64,000 nucleotides of DNA from NCBI GenBank assembly GCA_040954595.2, contig CM082592.2:12253796-12317795 (forward strand), written 5' to 3'. Made by a program: the position numbers and the translations under genes. Source of the DNA: Balanoglossus misakiensis (lineage: Eukaryota; Animalia; Hemichordata). This document shows positions 41,401-55,364 of this stretch, one piece after another (position 1 is the stretch's first letter; every line of letters starts with the position of its first letter). Under the pieces are notes generated by a model, which saw only the letters and a program-made list of their open reading frames with translations, was not told the origin of the DNA and searched no databases.

Positions 41401-43037
41401 ACAAAACTCCGAGCTATTGTACTACAGTTAGGCAATACAGTGATCACGTATTCAGGAAAAGAAATTTTTGGTTAGGAGGGAGCTATGATGCCTGATCATT
41501 ATCTTGCTTTTTATTGGTCTTTCATTATCCTCAATTTCCCTTGCAGTGTGAGGGTCGTGTTCCAAAGTTTAAAGTGGGCTTAGCAAACCCGGAAGTATAA
41601 TAATGAGAACATGGAATAGTTTTTATTGCCGCGTTTTTATCCTAAATTTGTCCGCTGTGCACGCGAAGGTCAAATCGTGTTTAAAAGTCTAAGTTGGCTT
41701 TGCAGACCCGGATCGAAGTACAATAATTATGGCATAGTGTAGTATTGATAGCACGTTGCCTGTACAATTATCCGTTATCATTTCCAAACATATTTCTGTC
41801 TGTAGGCATGTGTAGACCACAGGCGTCTGTAAAGATGCTTTGTTTACTGTGTGTGTTTGTGTGAATTATACAAATTTTCGTAGCTCGATCGGTGCCAGTG
41901 CCTGCATAATTGTCATAAGTATCATTTGCGTTTACTTTATCGTTTTCACAAAACTAAGAACATTTTGTCAAGAATCGATGCCGACGATACAATAGGAAAG
42001 GACCACAGACTCGAATGACATCTTTCAAAATAAAAATGCACATGATAAATTTAGTCTTAAAACAAGTGACACGTGTTTGGCGAATCCGCTATACGCTACA
42101 TGTGGAATTGTTTATGTCAGATGAAATTGATCCAAGTGCGAAAAGTTGAAATGTACAATGGGCTGGAGTGAGGTTGAGTTGAAACATGACCATGTGCTTT
42201 CTTAATGATTATGATTAACTTGGCTGCAAACAACTGAAAACACGTAATATTTCATGCGCCAGTTGTGGATATCCTAACCTTTAACACGTTATTGTACGTG
42301 CAGCAACGAAGCCGACGGCAATAGCATTTGGCTACAGTAAATTTGGAATGTTGATATCAGTCTTTTGTAATTTGAACTAAAAAGAACATTCCAATTTTGT
42401 TCCATTATGTTCTGCTGGTAGTTATGGTTTTGCTGAATCACTGTTTTGTCTCATGGACAAACATCAATGGATAACTCTACTCTGGACATGTTCAGAGAAT
42501 GCAGTATTTTAAAATGTAGATCGCACTTATCATCGCAAACATTGCAATAAATCTCTTATTGTGGATTTCGGCCATTTAGGTAAGTTGTTAGATTTTACAG
42601 ACTTAGATGAGAATCTTCGACATGATGATTGTTTCTTGTTTTCGTTAACCCAAGTATTTTCATTCAATATAATTCTAGAAGATCGAACATATCTCAAATT
42701 ATCAGAATGACGTAATGATCAACGTGTGGGCTATACTACATCGTTTTTATAACATTAAGATTAAAATCTCATCAAGAACAGCAATCCTCTGTTTCGATGA
42801 TGATTCGAGACGACTATAGAGCTTAGTTTTATGTTATCGATAAAATACAGTGCTTACCAGATTAGGACAAAACGAAAAGACTCTTCTTCTTTCACGAGGT
42901 CTACTTAATGCTAAGGAATCGCCTGCATCGGAAAAGTCGTCCTTACTGCAGCTGGTTGCACACGCGTTGTCTCTCTTATCAAATGACCGACAGTCCTTCT
43001 TATCGCCAGGTTTACCCCTTTTGTAGATCTTTCCCAT
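23488..43037 (-). CDS. BAIAP3: BAI1-associated protein 3 / Munc13-4 (UNC13D) family protein, C2A-MUN-C2B, ~1198 aa in 25 exons
   Basis: Exons: 42858-43037, 39042-39098, 38404-38517, 35449-35508, 35262-35325, 34845-35037, 34283-34405, 33865-34057, 33315-33410, 32783-32892, 31993-32158, 31279-31403, 30424-30589, 29431-29534, 28804-29013, 28143-28332, 27720-27794, 27474-27581, 26752-27033, 26462-26635, 25947-26199, 25220-25258, 24917-25040, 23938-24151, 23488-23664 (sum 3597 nt, phases consistent). C2A: AMDANGLSDPYC...TLHPKW...MWDHDE...DDFLG; MUN: FCITLNNIEHVRQYL, PLMIYLDSNL; C2B: LDKNGLSDPFV...TLNPKFNELF...FAGEV. The first two exons and exact orthology (BAIAP3 vs UNC13D) are less certain. Confidence 0.88.
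24305..24723. mobile_element. PIF/Harbinger-like MITE
   Basis: ggccagagagaaaaaaaatcttgttcatcaga ... tctgatgaacaatttgttttttcttcctggcc with TTA on both flanks. Confidence 0.65.
28360..28521. repeat. (GAGT)n/(GAAT)n microsatellite
   Basis: Directly visible, intronic. Confidence 0.95.
30697..31135 (+). mobile_element. 439-bp hairpin element, copy 3 (intron of the BAIAP3-like gene)
   Basis: Almost identical to 19830..20268. Confidence 0.85.
35797..36068. mobile_element. PIF/Harbinger-like MITE with poly-G runs, copy 1
   Basis: gggactgt...acagtgcc termini, preceded by TAA; homologous to 36871..37122. Confidence 0.6.
36871..37122. mobile_element. PIF/Harbinger-like MITE, copy 2
   Basis: tta|gggactgttcagaattta ... 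taaattctgaacagtccc|taa (18-bp TIR, TWA flanks). Confidence 0.7.
38784..38851. mobile_element. Short TAG...CTA hairpin MITE
   Basis: tagccctgc...ggtctctgtgttccgg / ccgggaacacagacc...gcagggcta; same terminus type as 19551..19625; no clear TSD. Confidence 0.5.
41060..41300 (-). mobile_element. Degenerate LINE ORF2 fragment, C-terminal to RT (RTE-X/L2-like)
   Basis: YDKLVRPTIVYGSEV.G...IEDVHTNFCR...NTPKMAIYGQLGRHP matches the typical post-RT motif P.L.YG.E.WG...GELGR.P. Confidence 0.7.
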
Positions 43038-44510
43038 GGACAAAGGTTTACTTGGAATGCATGACTTGAAATTTTGACACCATTTTGATACCTTGACAGC
43101 GACAGCAGAATGATTAACCGATTACCATGTAGGAAGATACATATGTTTAAGATCGCTTACAGAAATATGCTAGGCAATTGTTGCTATGGGAAATTTTCAA
43201 CACAAATGCATGTCTCGTTGATTCAAAAATAAAACAAAAATAATGTAAATAGAACATATTAAGTTTTACGCAGTTTGTTAGTAATTAACCCATAGCGATG
43301 TGTGTGTTGAATCTTTCAGATTCATCGGTATACCTTAGACATTTTCTCACTGTGTTTGTATGCATTATGGACTGACAATTATAAAGATTGCTAAAAATAA
43401 TACACACAATAAGCTATTTCAAATGGCAGGGATAGAGCTAAGTGTATAAAAACACCCCGACCGACAGTAAGTATCATCCAATGAAAATCATCGGTGTATA
43501 CTCACCCGTTGGAGAAACCTCTCTCTTTGCGACATTCTGGTTTTCTTTGTCATTCATCGAATAAAAAAACAATTTGTCTTTCATTCGTTGGTGTGTAGCA
43601 TACATATGACTGAACATTCTATATAAACCCGTATTTAAGTAATGTCCACATAATCTACTTCGGAGAAACTGATTATTTTAAGACACGGATGAAAGTGTAT
43701 TGTTTTCTGTTAATTTGCGCTGTCATCATTCACGTTTCCTGTTAACCAATTTAAATATTTCTGTTGCACTGACCTCGGGTTCAATGAAATAAGGAAACGT
43801 GTTAAGGTGGGTAGAGAAAATATTTCGCAACATATATTCTCATATGGATGCCTTACACATATCACCAGTATCTGTGTAATATCCCTATCGGATCATTTAG
43901 CAATATTTATTTTTAAGATTGATCAAACTTCATAATTTCGGTTATATTTTACTTTATATATACGCGCACGCGTGTCCTATCTTCCAAACTTGTGCTGGTT
44001 CCCTTATTCAACCATCATCCCAGCTGTTACTATAATTACCATATTGTAGCGTACAATGAATATAAATAAACGACATGCTATTATTGATGGTATGGCTGCA
44101 AACACAACACATTATGGTACACTCAGCGGATGTAACGTTTGAATTAATTGAATTTGGATCGATTTCCATGAACGTGTTACTGAAATAAATATTTGGTACT
44201 CAAGAATCTGAAAATTTGAATGCCTTGGTGTTTAGAAGAGACTTGTCTTAGAAATAATTAATTTCTCAAGTTTAACATCATCTTTAGGGCAGTTCGAGTG
44301 TGAAACTGGTTTTGGAAATTGTAATTTTATAAATTTAACATTGTATTAGGCATATGACATGAACATGCCAAAATGGCCAAAATTCACAAAGACAGGAATT
44401 TGATATTTGAGCGTTTATGACTTATATAACCCATGTCAATTTTGTTTGATACGAAAAGTGAACTGTTCTTTTTGACAAAGTGTGTTTGATTTATTATTCA
44501 TGTTGGTGGC

Positions 44511-46283
44511 GTCCTGCTGCACAGGTGAGGCGTTTCGTATTCGCTAAACGGCGACTTAGCGAGGGTCAACTGAATGCCGTGCACCTGTACTACGAGGTCA
44601 CCCACGTTTTGGCAAACGCAACTGGCGCAGAACGACCCTGACTGTTGAGAGAACAACATGCCGCAGAGCTACGTGATTTTGCCTGACAAGCCACGAGAAT
44701 CTCTACAGACCGGAACCCAAGACAAAGAACATAGTATCTACTAACTAGGTAAGTAGCCGGTATTTACTAAAATTTGCGCTGCCACTTCTTGTCAGTTGTG
44801 GGGAAAAGATCTCCGCTTGTAATTTTAGCCAATTTTCGAGAGAGCGAGAGAGTTGTCGCGTGTCGGAGTACTCCCTATAAGTTTCGATATGATTTTCCGC
44901 TTGAAACGTAGCGCGGACGCCCAAGCTTAGTGCTTTCAGTTTTCAACACTACAACAAATAGATTGTATATTATTTTTTTTCTGGTCCTGCTGCACAGGTG
45001 AGGCGTTTCGTATTCGCTAAACGGCGACTTAGCGAGGGTCAACTGAATGCCGTGCACCTGTACTACGAGGTCACCCACGTTTTGGCAAACGCAACTGGCG
45101 CAGAACGACCCTGACTGTTGAGAGAACAACATGCCGCAGAGCTACGTGATTTTGCCTGACAAGCCACGAGAATCTCTACAGACCGGAACCCAAGACAAAG
45201 AACATAGTATCTACTAACTAGGTAAGTAGCCGGTATTTACTAAAATTTGCGCTGCCACTTCTTGTCAGTTGTGGGGAAAAGATCTCCGCTTGTAATTTTA
45301 GCCAATTTTCGAGAGAGCGAGAGAGTTGTCGCGTGTCGGAGTACTCCCTATAAGTTTCGATATGATTTTCCGCTTGAAACGTAGCGCGGACGCCCAAGCT
45401 TAGTGCTTTCAGTTTTCAACACTACAACAAATAGATTGTATATTATTTTTTTTCTGGTCCTGCTGCACAGGTGAGGCGTTTCGTATTCGCTAAACGGCGA
45501 CTTAGCGAGGGTCAACTGAATGCCGTGCACCTGTACTACGAGGTCACCCACGTTTTGGCAAACGCAACTGGCGCAGAACGACCCTGACTGTTGAGAGAAC
45601 AACATGCCGCAGAGCTACGTGATTTTGCCTGACAAGCCACGAGAATCTCTACAGACCGGAACCCAAGACAAAGAACATAGTATCTACTAACTAGGTAAGT
45701 AGCCGGTATTTACTAAAATTTGCGCTGCCACTTCTTGTCAGTTGTGGGGAAAAGATCTCCGCTTGTAATTTTAGCCAATTTTCGAGAGAGCGAGAGAGTT
45801 GTCGCGTGTCGGAATACTCCCTATAAGTTTCGATATGATTTTCCGCTTGAAACGTAGCGCGGACGCCCAAGCTTAGTGCTTTCAGTTTTCAACACTACAA
45901 CAAATAGATTGTATATTTTTTTTCTGGTCCTGCTGCACAGGTGAGGCGTTTCGTACTCGCTAAACGGCGACTTGGCGAGGGTCAACTGAATGCCGTGCAC
46001 CTGTACTACGAGGTCACCCACGTTTTGGCAAACGCAACTGGCGCAGAACGACCCTGACTGTTGAGAGAACAACATGCCGCAGAGCTACGTGATTTTGCCT
46101 GACAAGCCACGGGAATCTCTACAGACCGGAACCAAGACAAAGAACATAGTACTAACTAGGTAAGTAGCCGGTATTTACTAAAATTTGCGCTGCGACTTCT
46201 TGTCAGTAGCGGGGAAAAGATCTCCGCTTGTAATTTTAGCCAATTTTCGAGAGAGCGAGAGCGAGAGAGTTGTTTTGTGTCGG
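44511..46283. repeat. Tandem array of a 473-bp CpG-rich unit, ~3.75 copies
   Basis: gtcctgctgcacaggtgaggcg starts at 44511, 44984, 45457, 45927; copies near-identical. Confidence 0.95.
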
Positions 46284-46284
46284 C

Positions 46285-47275
46285 TTCGTTTTTAATGCTG
46301 GTATTTCTTTCGTTTATTTTTAATGGTCATGTTTTTATCTATTGCAATCAGAATTTGTTACGTTTAGGTAAATAGGCACAGAGTTTTATCGTTGTGAAAT
46401 AGTCCATTTATATTAGTGGTCATTGTCATTTTATTCTGCCTATGAGATGTTGATCAAACCGAGAAATTTGCATACGTGAACGTAAGGTATATGGAAACGT
46501 CGTCACTTTCTGTGCGCTCTCGTCATGTTTTGATGATAACGCATTCGCCTGTCGTTTGCAAGTTATTTTTAACGTGAAATCGTATTCGTTTCCATGAGCA
46601 GTTTTAATTTTGTCTAGTTTTGAGTCAGGCTTCATTTTCAATGCTGGTATCTTTTATTTATTATTGACGATCATGTATTCATCGATTGGAGTCAGATTTT
46701 GCTACATTTTAGGCACAAAAACAGACACAGAGAATTTTACTATCGTTGTGAAATAGTCCGTTTATTTTAGCGGTCATTTGCAGTTCATTCTTCTTATGAT
46801 ATTTTGATCAAACTGAGAGATTAAGTTTGCATCCGTGAACGGATTGTATAGTTATACGTCATCAGTTTCTGTGCGCTCGTGGGTTATATTTTGATGATGT
46901 CACGCGTTCGCCTGAAGTTTGCTATTCGTTTTAACTTGAAATCGTATGCGTTTTCATGAGCAGTTTTTGCCTAGTTTTGTGTTAGGCTTCATTTTCAATG
47001 CTGGAATTTCTCTCATTTATTATTGAGGGTTATGTATGCAATCAAATGTTGCTACATTAGGTAAAAAGGCACAGTTTTATTATCGTTGTGAAGTAGTCCG
47101 TTTATTTTAGTGGTCGTTGTCATTTCATTCTACCTATGATATGTTGATCAAACTGAGAGATCGATTTATCCCACACTCTTGATCCCACACTCCCAGCGGC
47201 CAGGAGTGTGAGAATAATATTGTTTGCATACGTGAAGATATAGCGATACGTCATCAGTTTCTGAACGTGAACTGT
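46285..47275. repeat. Three diverged ~350-bp tandem repeats
   Basis: tttt(c)aatgctgg... at ~46290, ~46635, ~46992, each followed by tatcgttgtgaa.tagtcc and ttgatcaaac.gaga. Confidence 0.8.
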
Positions 47276-47524
47276 GATTAGATCAGAAAGAATTTTGAAA
47301 TTAATCCTGACATGGAAACCGGCGAAGCTCCCGCCTCACTGGTGTCATGTCTCTCAATTGCGGTGGGATACATTCGTCTTGTCTGGTCTGGGTGTCGGGT
47401 GATGAAGAGTGATGATGATGAAGAGACGGCAACTCGTGTAGAGTGTATTTTAACGCCGAAGACTTTATTAAGAAAGGCCAGCCGTGGACATACACAGGAC
47501 AAGCCTGTAACAAGACGAGCAGCG

Positions 47525-47670
47525 GTATCAAAAGCTTTTGAAAAACCTTTGAAAGAACAATAAAATTTGCCACTTTTGCAGGTTAAATATTTCTGAACAA
47601 CAGATTGTAATATAAAAATGCTATCTATGGTTGAATATCCTCGACGGAACCCAGCGTGTGCTTCATCAAA
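47525..47670 (-). mobile_element. LINE reverse transcriptase fragment
   Basis: EAHAGFRRGYSTIDSIFILQSVVQKY...FYCSFKGFSKAFDT corresponds to the non-LTR RT motifs QxGFR..ST.D and F.D..KAFD. Confidence 0.8.
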
Positions 47671-48375
47671 TTGAAGTTGTATGTTTTGGCAGGTGGTCGA
47701 GAGTGTGTAACACGAGGGGATTGTTATTGTATAGGCGGAAAACTTTATTGTGGATGCTGTTGATGAATTGTGCTTCAGGCATTTAGATTTCCATTGCATT
47801 GCAGTAATGAACTTTACACTTCAATTCTACTAATGCATATTTTATTGATCCTTATTCAATTTGAGTGTGTTTTATCATAGACCATGTAGGGTCCATGATC
47901 GCAGATGAAGATATCTGGATGCCAAATGAAGAGAAGACACAGGTTTTTAGTCAGCATTTTAAGAGTTTATAATGAGAATGAAGGGATTGCGTTCTGTCCA
48001 GTTTTCTCTTAAAGCGACAAAATCGCTTTTTGACCTTTCAACGATTTCAAGTATACATTGATTACTCGTGTTATCTTTGTGTTAAAAATTGATGTTGATT
48101 TGTAACCATCATTTCCTGTCATACAAAATCAATCTCTAAACGGTCCAAAATGAGTGAATTTTGCTCCTTAATCTGTTGATCCAGTGAAGATAGTGGCATT
48201 GACATTGACTTTCCGTATGCGTTCCCTTGATCACACTGGTTACTTGTGCAGAATTTCAATTATGTTAATTAGCACACTTGTCTACTATTACAGTTGAGGA
48301 GCTACACAATTGTTGCAGCCATTGGGAAAACTTCATGACAAGAAGGATTCAGATTAGGACACAGTATGAATTCTC

Positions 48376-48581
48376 ATACACATACATGTACATACATACA
48401 TACATACATACATACATACATACATACATACATACATACATACATACATGCATGCATGCATGCATGCATGCATGCATGCATGCATGCATGCATGCATACA
48501 TACATACATACATACATACATACATACATACATACATACATACATACATACATACATACATACATACATACATACATACAT

Positions 48582-48641
<60 letters not shown>

Positions 48642-48770
48642 ACACATACACACACATACACACACATACACACACATACATACATGCATACATACATGCA
48701 TACATACATACATACATACATACATACATACATACATACATACATACATACATACACACACATACATGTG
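48376..48770. repeat. (CATA)n/(CATG)n/(CA)n compound microsatellite
   Basis: Directly visible. Confidence 0.95.
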
Positions 48771-49241
48771 CGTTTAATGTGTGTCAAATGAAATATCAGA
48801 GAAAACAAGTCTGTAACCATTTAACTCAACTATGCTTATTAAACTGTAGCCTAAATGTCCATATGATTTAGTAATTCTAAGAATTACATGTATGAATTGA
48901 GGAAATTTTGTTTAGTGAATTGTTCAGTCAAAGCAAATTGATTCAATCTAGAAAACTGTTTGTGCCATTTCAGCCAATTTTTCTAACTTCAATATTAACG
49001 TACTAACACACCATTAACTAACTATAACAACTAATACTTTGGCTGGAGTGGTATAAGCAGGCTATGAGAAACTTGCATTCTTGTGACTATTTCTATTTTT
49101 CATAATGAGCCAGTTAGAGGTATACAGATGAAATTTAGTAATGTATTCTAATTCAATTTAAATTAGCTGTATTTTCCAAAACCTGAAAGTGACGGCCGAG
49201 AAAATTATTTATTTCAAATTTTAGGGTACAGAATTGTTCTC

Positions 49242-49575
49242 TATGTATGTATGTATGTATGTATGTATGTATGTGTGTATGTATGTATGTGTGTGTGTAT
49301 GTATGTATGTATGTATGTATGTATGTATGTATGTATGTATGTATGTATGTATGTATGTATGTATGTATGTATGTATGTATGTATGTATGTATGTGTGTAT
49401 GTGTGTGTGTGTGTGTGTGTATGCATGTATGCAATGTATGCAATGTATGCATGTATGTATGTAATGTATGCATGTATGTATGTAATGTATGCATGTATGT
49501 ATGTAATGTATGCATGTATGTATGTAATGTATGCATGTATGTAATGTATGCATGTATGTAATGTATGTGTATGTG
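49242..49575. repeat. (TATG)n compound microsatellite, inverted relative to 48376..48770
   Basis: Directly visible; the flanks are also inverted homologs. Confidence 0.95.
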
Positions 49576-49789
49576 AATTCCTATTGTATCCTTGTCCGAA
49601 TTTTATCTTGTCATGAAGTTCTCCCAATGTCTACAATAGTTGAGAAGCTTTCCAACTGTGATGGTAGATAAGTTTAGCAAATGTTTTGGAAATTGTTTAC
49701 TAGTGTGCTATAATATAACAGAAACTAACAATATTGAAGTATAATTGCATTAAGTTAAGCAGGAAGGATGAAGACAAAATTCCAAATGA

Positions 49790-52700
49790 TGTCAATAGTA
49801 GAAGTGGACAAGGACTTGGTCTTCCAGTCAGCCAATAAAGTACTTGCATGATGGCAGATGAAGCAAGTTCAAGCATGAAGACTGATGTTAATTTCTAAAT
49901 GATGCCAACGGTAGAAGTGGACAAGGACTTGGTTTCCCAGTCACCCAATAAACTACTTGCATGATGGCAGATGAAGATATTTGGATATCAAATAAAGAAA
50001 ACATACAGGTTTGCAGTCAACATTTTAAGAGTGTATATAGTATTGGAACAAATCCAAACTTAAAACATTGAATCAATTTTATAAAATATGTCACCACTTT
50101 GTTCATTGATCATGAATCATGTTTTTTTTCCGTTGTTTTGTTAGAATATGGCGAAGAGTGCAGGCTGATGTTGTGTATCTGAATGTTGCCATTGGTAGAA
50201 GTGGATATGGACTTGGTTTCCCAGTCACCCAATAAACTTCTTGCATGATGGCAGATGAAGATATTTGGATGTCAAATAAAGAAAACATACAGGTTTGCAG
50301 TCAACATTTTAAGAGTGTATATAGTGTTTGAACAAATCCAAACTTAACTCATTGAATCAATTTTATAAAATATGTCACCACTATGTTCATTAATCATGAA
50401 TCATGTATTTTTCTGTTGTTTTGTTAGAATATGGCGAAGAGTGCAGGCTGATGTTGTGTATCTGAATGTTGCCATTGGTAGAAGTGGATATGGACTTGGT
50501 TTCCCAGTGACCCAATAAACTACTTGCATGATGGCAGATGAAGATATTTGGATGTCAAATAAAGAAAACATAGAGGTTTGTAGTCAACATTTTAAGAGTG
50601 TATATAGTGTTGGAACAAATCCAAACTTAACTCATTGAATCAATTTTATAAAATATGTCACCACTTTGTTCATTAATCATGAATCATGTATTTTTCTGTT
50701 GTTTTGTTAGAATATGGCGAAGAGTGCAGGCTGATGTTGTGTATCTGAATGTTGCCATTGGTAGAAGTGGATATGGACTTGGTTTCCCAGTGACCCAATA
50801 AACTACTTGCATGATGGCAGATGAAGATATTTGGATGTCAAATAAAGAAAACATACAGGTTTGTAGTCAACATTTTAAGAGTGTATATAGTGTTGGAACA
50901 AATCCAAGCTTAACTCATTGAATCAATTTTATAAAATATGTCACCACTTTGTTCATTGATCATGAATACTTTTTTTCTGTTGTTTTGTTAGAATATGGCG
51001 AAGAGTGCAGGGTGATGTTGTGTATCTGAATGTTGCCAATGGTAGAAGTGGACAAGGACATGGTCTTCCAGTCAGCCAATAAAGTACTTGCATAATGGCA
51101 GATGAAGCAAGGTCAAGCATGAAGACGGATGTTAATTTCTAAATGATGCCAACGGTAGAAGTGGACAAGGACTTGGTTTCCCAGTCACCCAATAAACTAC
51201 TTGCATGATGGCAGATGAAGATATTTGGATATCAAATAAAGAAAACATACAGGTTTGCAGTCAACATTTTAAGAGTGTATATAGTATTGGAACAAATCCA
51301 AACTTAAAACATTGAATCAATTTTATAAAATATGTCACCACTTTGTTCATTGATCATGAATCATGTTTTTTTTCCGTTGTTTTGTTAGAATATGGCGAAG
51401 AGTGCAGGGTGATGTTGTGTATCTGAATGTTGCCAATGGTAGAAGTGGACAAGGACATGGTCTTCCAGTCAGCCAATAAAGTACTTGCATAATGGCAGAT
51501 GAAGCAAGGTCAAGCATGAAGACGGATGTTTAATTTCTAAATGGTGCCAACGGTAGAAGTGGACAAGGACTTGGTCTTGCAGTCAGCCAATAAACAACCT
51601 GCATGATGGCAGATGAAGATATTTGGATGTCAAATAAAGAAAACATACAGGTTTGCAGTCAACATTTTAAGAGTGTATATAGTATTGGAACAAATCCAAA
51701 TTTAACTCATCGAATCAAATTATACAATCTTTCACCAATTTGTTCATTAATCATGGATAATATTTTTCTGTTCTTTTGTTAGAATATGGCGAAGAGTGCA
51801 GGCTGATGTTATGTATCTGAATGTTGCCATTGGTAGAAGTGGACAAGGACTTGTTCTTGCTTTCACTCAATAAACTCTGCATGATGGCAGATGAAGATAT
51901 TTGGATGTCAAATAAAGAAAACATACAGGTTTGCAGTCAACATTTTAAGAGTGTATATAGTGTTGGAACAAATCCAAACTTAACTCATTGAATCAATTTT
52001 ATAAAATATGTCACCACTTTGTTCATTGATCATGAATAATTTTTTTCTGTTGTTTTGTTAGAATATGGCAAAGAGTGCAGGCTGATGTTGTGTATCTGAA
52101 TGTTGCCATTGGTAGGAGTGGACAAGGACTTGGTTTCCCAGTCACCCAATAAACTACTTGCATGATGGCAGATGAAGATATTTGGATGTCAAATAAAGAA
52201 CACATACAGGTTTGCAGTCAACATTTTAAGAGTGTATATAGTGTTGGAACAAATCCTAACTTAACTCATTGAATCAATTTTATAATATATGTCACCATTT
52301 TGTTCATTGATCATGAATAATTTTTTTCTGTTGTTTTGTTACAATATGGCGAAGAGTGCAGGCTGATGTTGTGTATCTGTATGTTGCCATTGGTAGAAGT
52401 GGACAAGGACTTGGTTTCCCAGACACCCAATAAACTACTTGCATGATGGCAGATGAAGATATTTGGATGTCAAATTAAGAAAACATACAGGTTTGCAGTC
52501 AACATTTTAAGAGTGTATATAGTGTTGGAACAAATCCAAGCTTAACTCATTGAATCAATTTTATAACATATGTCACCACTTTGTTCATTGATCATGAATA
52601 TTTTTTTTTCTGTTGTTTTGTTAGAATATGGCGAAGAGTGCAGGCTGATGTTGTGTATCTGAATGTTGCCATTGGTAGAAGTGGACATGGACATGGTCTT

Positions 52701-55205
52701 CCAGTCAGCCAATAAAGTACTTGCATGATGGCAGATGAAGCAAGGTCAAGCATGAAAACTGATGTGTAATTTCTAAATGACGCCAACGGTAGAAGTGGAA
52801 AAGGACTTGGTCTTGCAGTCAGCCAATAAACAACTTGCATGATGGCAGATGAAGATATATGGATGTCAAATGAAGAAAACGTACAGGTTTGCAGTCAACA
52901 AGTGTATATAGTATTGGAACAAATTCAAACTTAACTCATTGAATCAATTTTATAAAATATGTCACCACTTTGTTCATTGATCATGGATATTTTTTTTCTG
53001 TTGTTTTGTTAGAATATGGCGAAGAGTGCAGGCTGATGTTTTTTATCCAGATATTGCCAATGGTAGAAGTGGACAAGGACTTGGTCTTGCACTCACCCCA
53101 TAAATTATTTGCATGATGGCAGATGAACATATCTGGTTGTCAAATGAAGAAAATATAAAGGTTTGTAGTCAACATTTTAAGAGTGCGTATAGTATACGAA
53201 CACATCCAAATTTAACTCTTTGAATAAATTTATCCAATCTTTCGCCAATTTGTTCATTAATCATGGATAAAAAAATTCTGTTCTTTTGTTAGAATATGGC
53301 GAAGAGTGCAGGCTGGTGTTTTTATCCAGATATTGCCAATGGTAGAAGTGGACAAGGGCTTGGTCTTGCACTCACCCCATAAACTATTTGCATGATGGCA
53401 GATGAACATATCTGGTTGTCAAATGAAGAAAATATAAAGGTTTGTAGTCAACATTTTAAGAGTGTATATAATATTGGAACACATCCAAATTTAACTCAGT
53501 GAATCAATTTTTACAATCTTTCGCCAATTTGTTCTTTAATCATGGATAAAAAAATTCTGTTCTTTTGTTAGAATATGGCGAAGAGTGCAGGCTGATGTTT
53601 TTATCCTGATATTGCCAATGCTAGAAGTGGACAAGGACTTGGTCTTGCACTCACCCCATAAACTATTTGCATGATGGCAGATGAACATATCTGGTTGTCA
53701 AATGAAGAAAATATAAACGTTTGTAGTCAACATTTTAAGAGTGTATATAGTATTTGAACACATCCAAATTTAACTCATTGAATCAATTTATACAATCTTT
53801 CGCCAATTTGTTCATTAATCATGGATAAAAATTTTCTATCATTTTGTTAGAATATGGCGAAGAGTGCAGGCTGATGTTTTCATCCAGATATTGCCAATGG
53901 TAGAAGTGGACAAGGGCTTGGTCTTGCACTCACCCCATAAACTATTTGCATGATGGCAGATGAACATATCTGGTTGTCAAATGAAGAAAATATAAAGGTT
54001 TGTAGTCAACATTTTAAGAGTGTATACAGTATTGGAACAACATTTTATGAGTGTATATAGTATTTGAACACATCCAAATTTAACTCATTGAATCAATTTT
54101 TACAATCTTTTGCCAATTTGTTCTTTAATCATGGATAAAAAAAATTCTGTTCTTTTGTTAGAATATGGCGACGAGTGCAGGCTGATGTTTTTATCCTGAT
54201 ATTGCCAATGGTAGAAGTGGACAAGGACTTGGTCTTGTACTCACCCCATAAACTATTTACATGATGGCAGATGAACATATCTGGTTGTCAAATGAAGAAA
54301 ATATAAAGGTTTGTAGTCAACATTTTAAGAGTGTATATAGTATTGGAACACATCCAAATTTAACTCATTGAATCAATTTTTACAATCTTTCGCCAATTTG
54401 TTCATTAATCATGGATAACATTTTTCTGTTCTTTTGTTAGAATATGGCGAAGAGTGCAGGCTGATGTTTTTATCCAGATATTGCCAATGGTAGAAGTGGA
54501 CAAGGACTTGGTCCTGCACTCACCCCATAAACTATTTGCATGATGGCAGATGAACATATCTGGTTGTCAAATGAAGAAAATATAAAGGTTTGTAGTCAAC
54601 ATTTTAAGAGTGCGTATAGTATACGAACACATCCAAATTTAACTCTTTGAATCAATTTATACAATCTTTCGCCAATTTGTTCATTAATCATGGATAACAT
54701 TTTTCTGTTTTTTTGTTAGAATATGGCGAAGAGTGCAGGCTGATGTTTTTATCCAGATATTGCCAATGGTAGAAGTGGACAGGGACTTGGTCTTGCACTC
54801 ACCCCATAATTTATTTGCATGATGGCAGATGAACATATCTGGTTGTCAAATGAAGAAAATATAAAGGTTTGTAGTCAACATTTTAAGAGTGTATATAGTA
54901 TTGGAACAAATCCAAATTTAACTCAGTGAATCAATTTTATAAAATATGTCACCACTTTGTTCATTGATCATGGATAAAAATTTTCTGTTCTTTTGTTAGA
55001 ATATGGCGAAGAGTGCAGGCTGATGTTTTTATCCAGATATTGCCAATGGTAGAAGTGGACAAGGACTTGGTCTTGCACTCACCCCATAAACTATTTGCAT
55101 GATGGCAGATGAACATATCTGGTTGTCAAATGAAGAAAATATAAAGGTTTATAGTCAACATTTTATGAGTGTATATAGTATTGGAAAACATCCAAATTTA
55201 ACTTA
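49790..55205 (+). repeat. ~283-bp satellite, about 18 units, two subtypes plus occasional ~113-bp subunits
   Basis: gcagatgaag landmark at 49967, 50251, 50534, 50817; subtype changes near 53.0 kb (ccagtcacccaataaac to gcactcaccccataaac). Confidence 0.95.
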
Positions 55206-55364
55206 AGCTGAATGAATCAATGCTATAAAACGTGTCATCACTTCATTAATTAAAAGCGAATCTATTTTTTTTTCTGTTACTTTCTTAGCTCAAGCTGAAG
55301 TGTGAAGACTGGTGATTTTCCAAATGATGATGATGGTAGAAATGGACAAGGACTTGGTCTACCA

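Noticed and set aside
44875-46075. Three repeated 85-aa minus-strand ORFs
   Set aside because: Reflect the 473-bp tandem unit; no recognisable protein.
48278-49627. HTYI/MYVC repeat ORFs
   Set aside because: Translations of CATA/TATG microsatellites.
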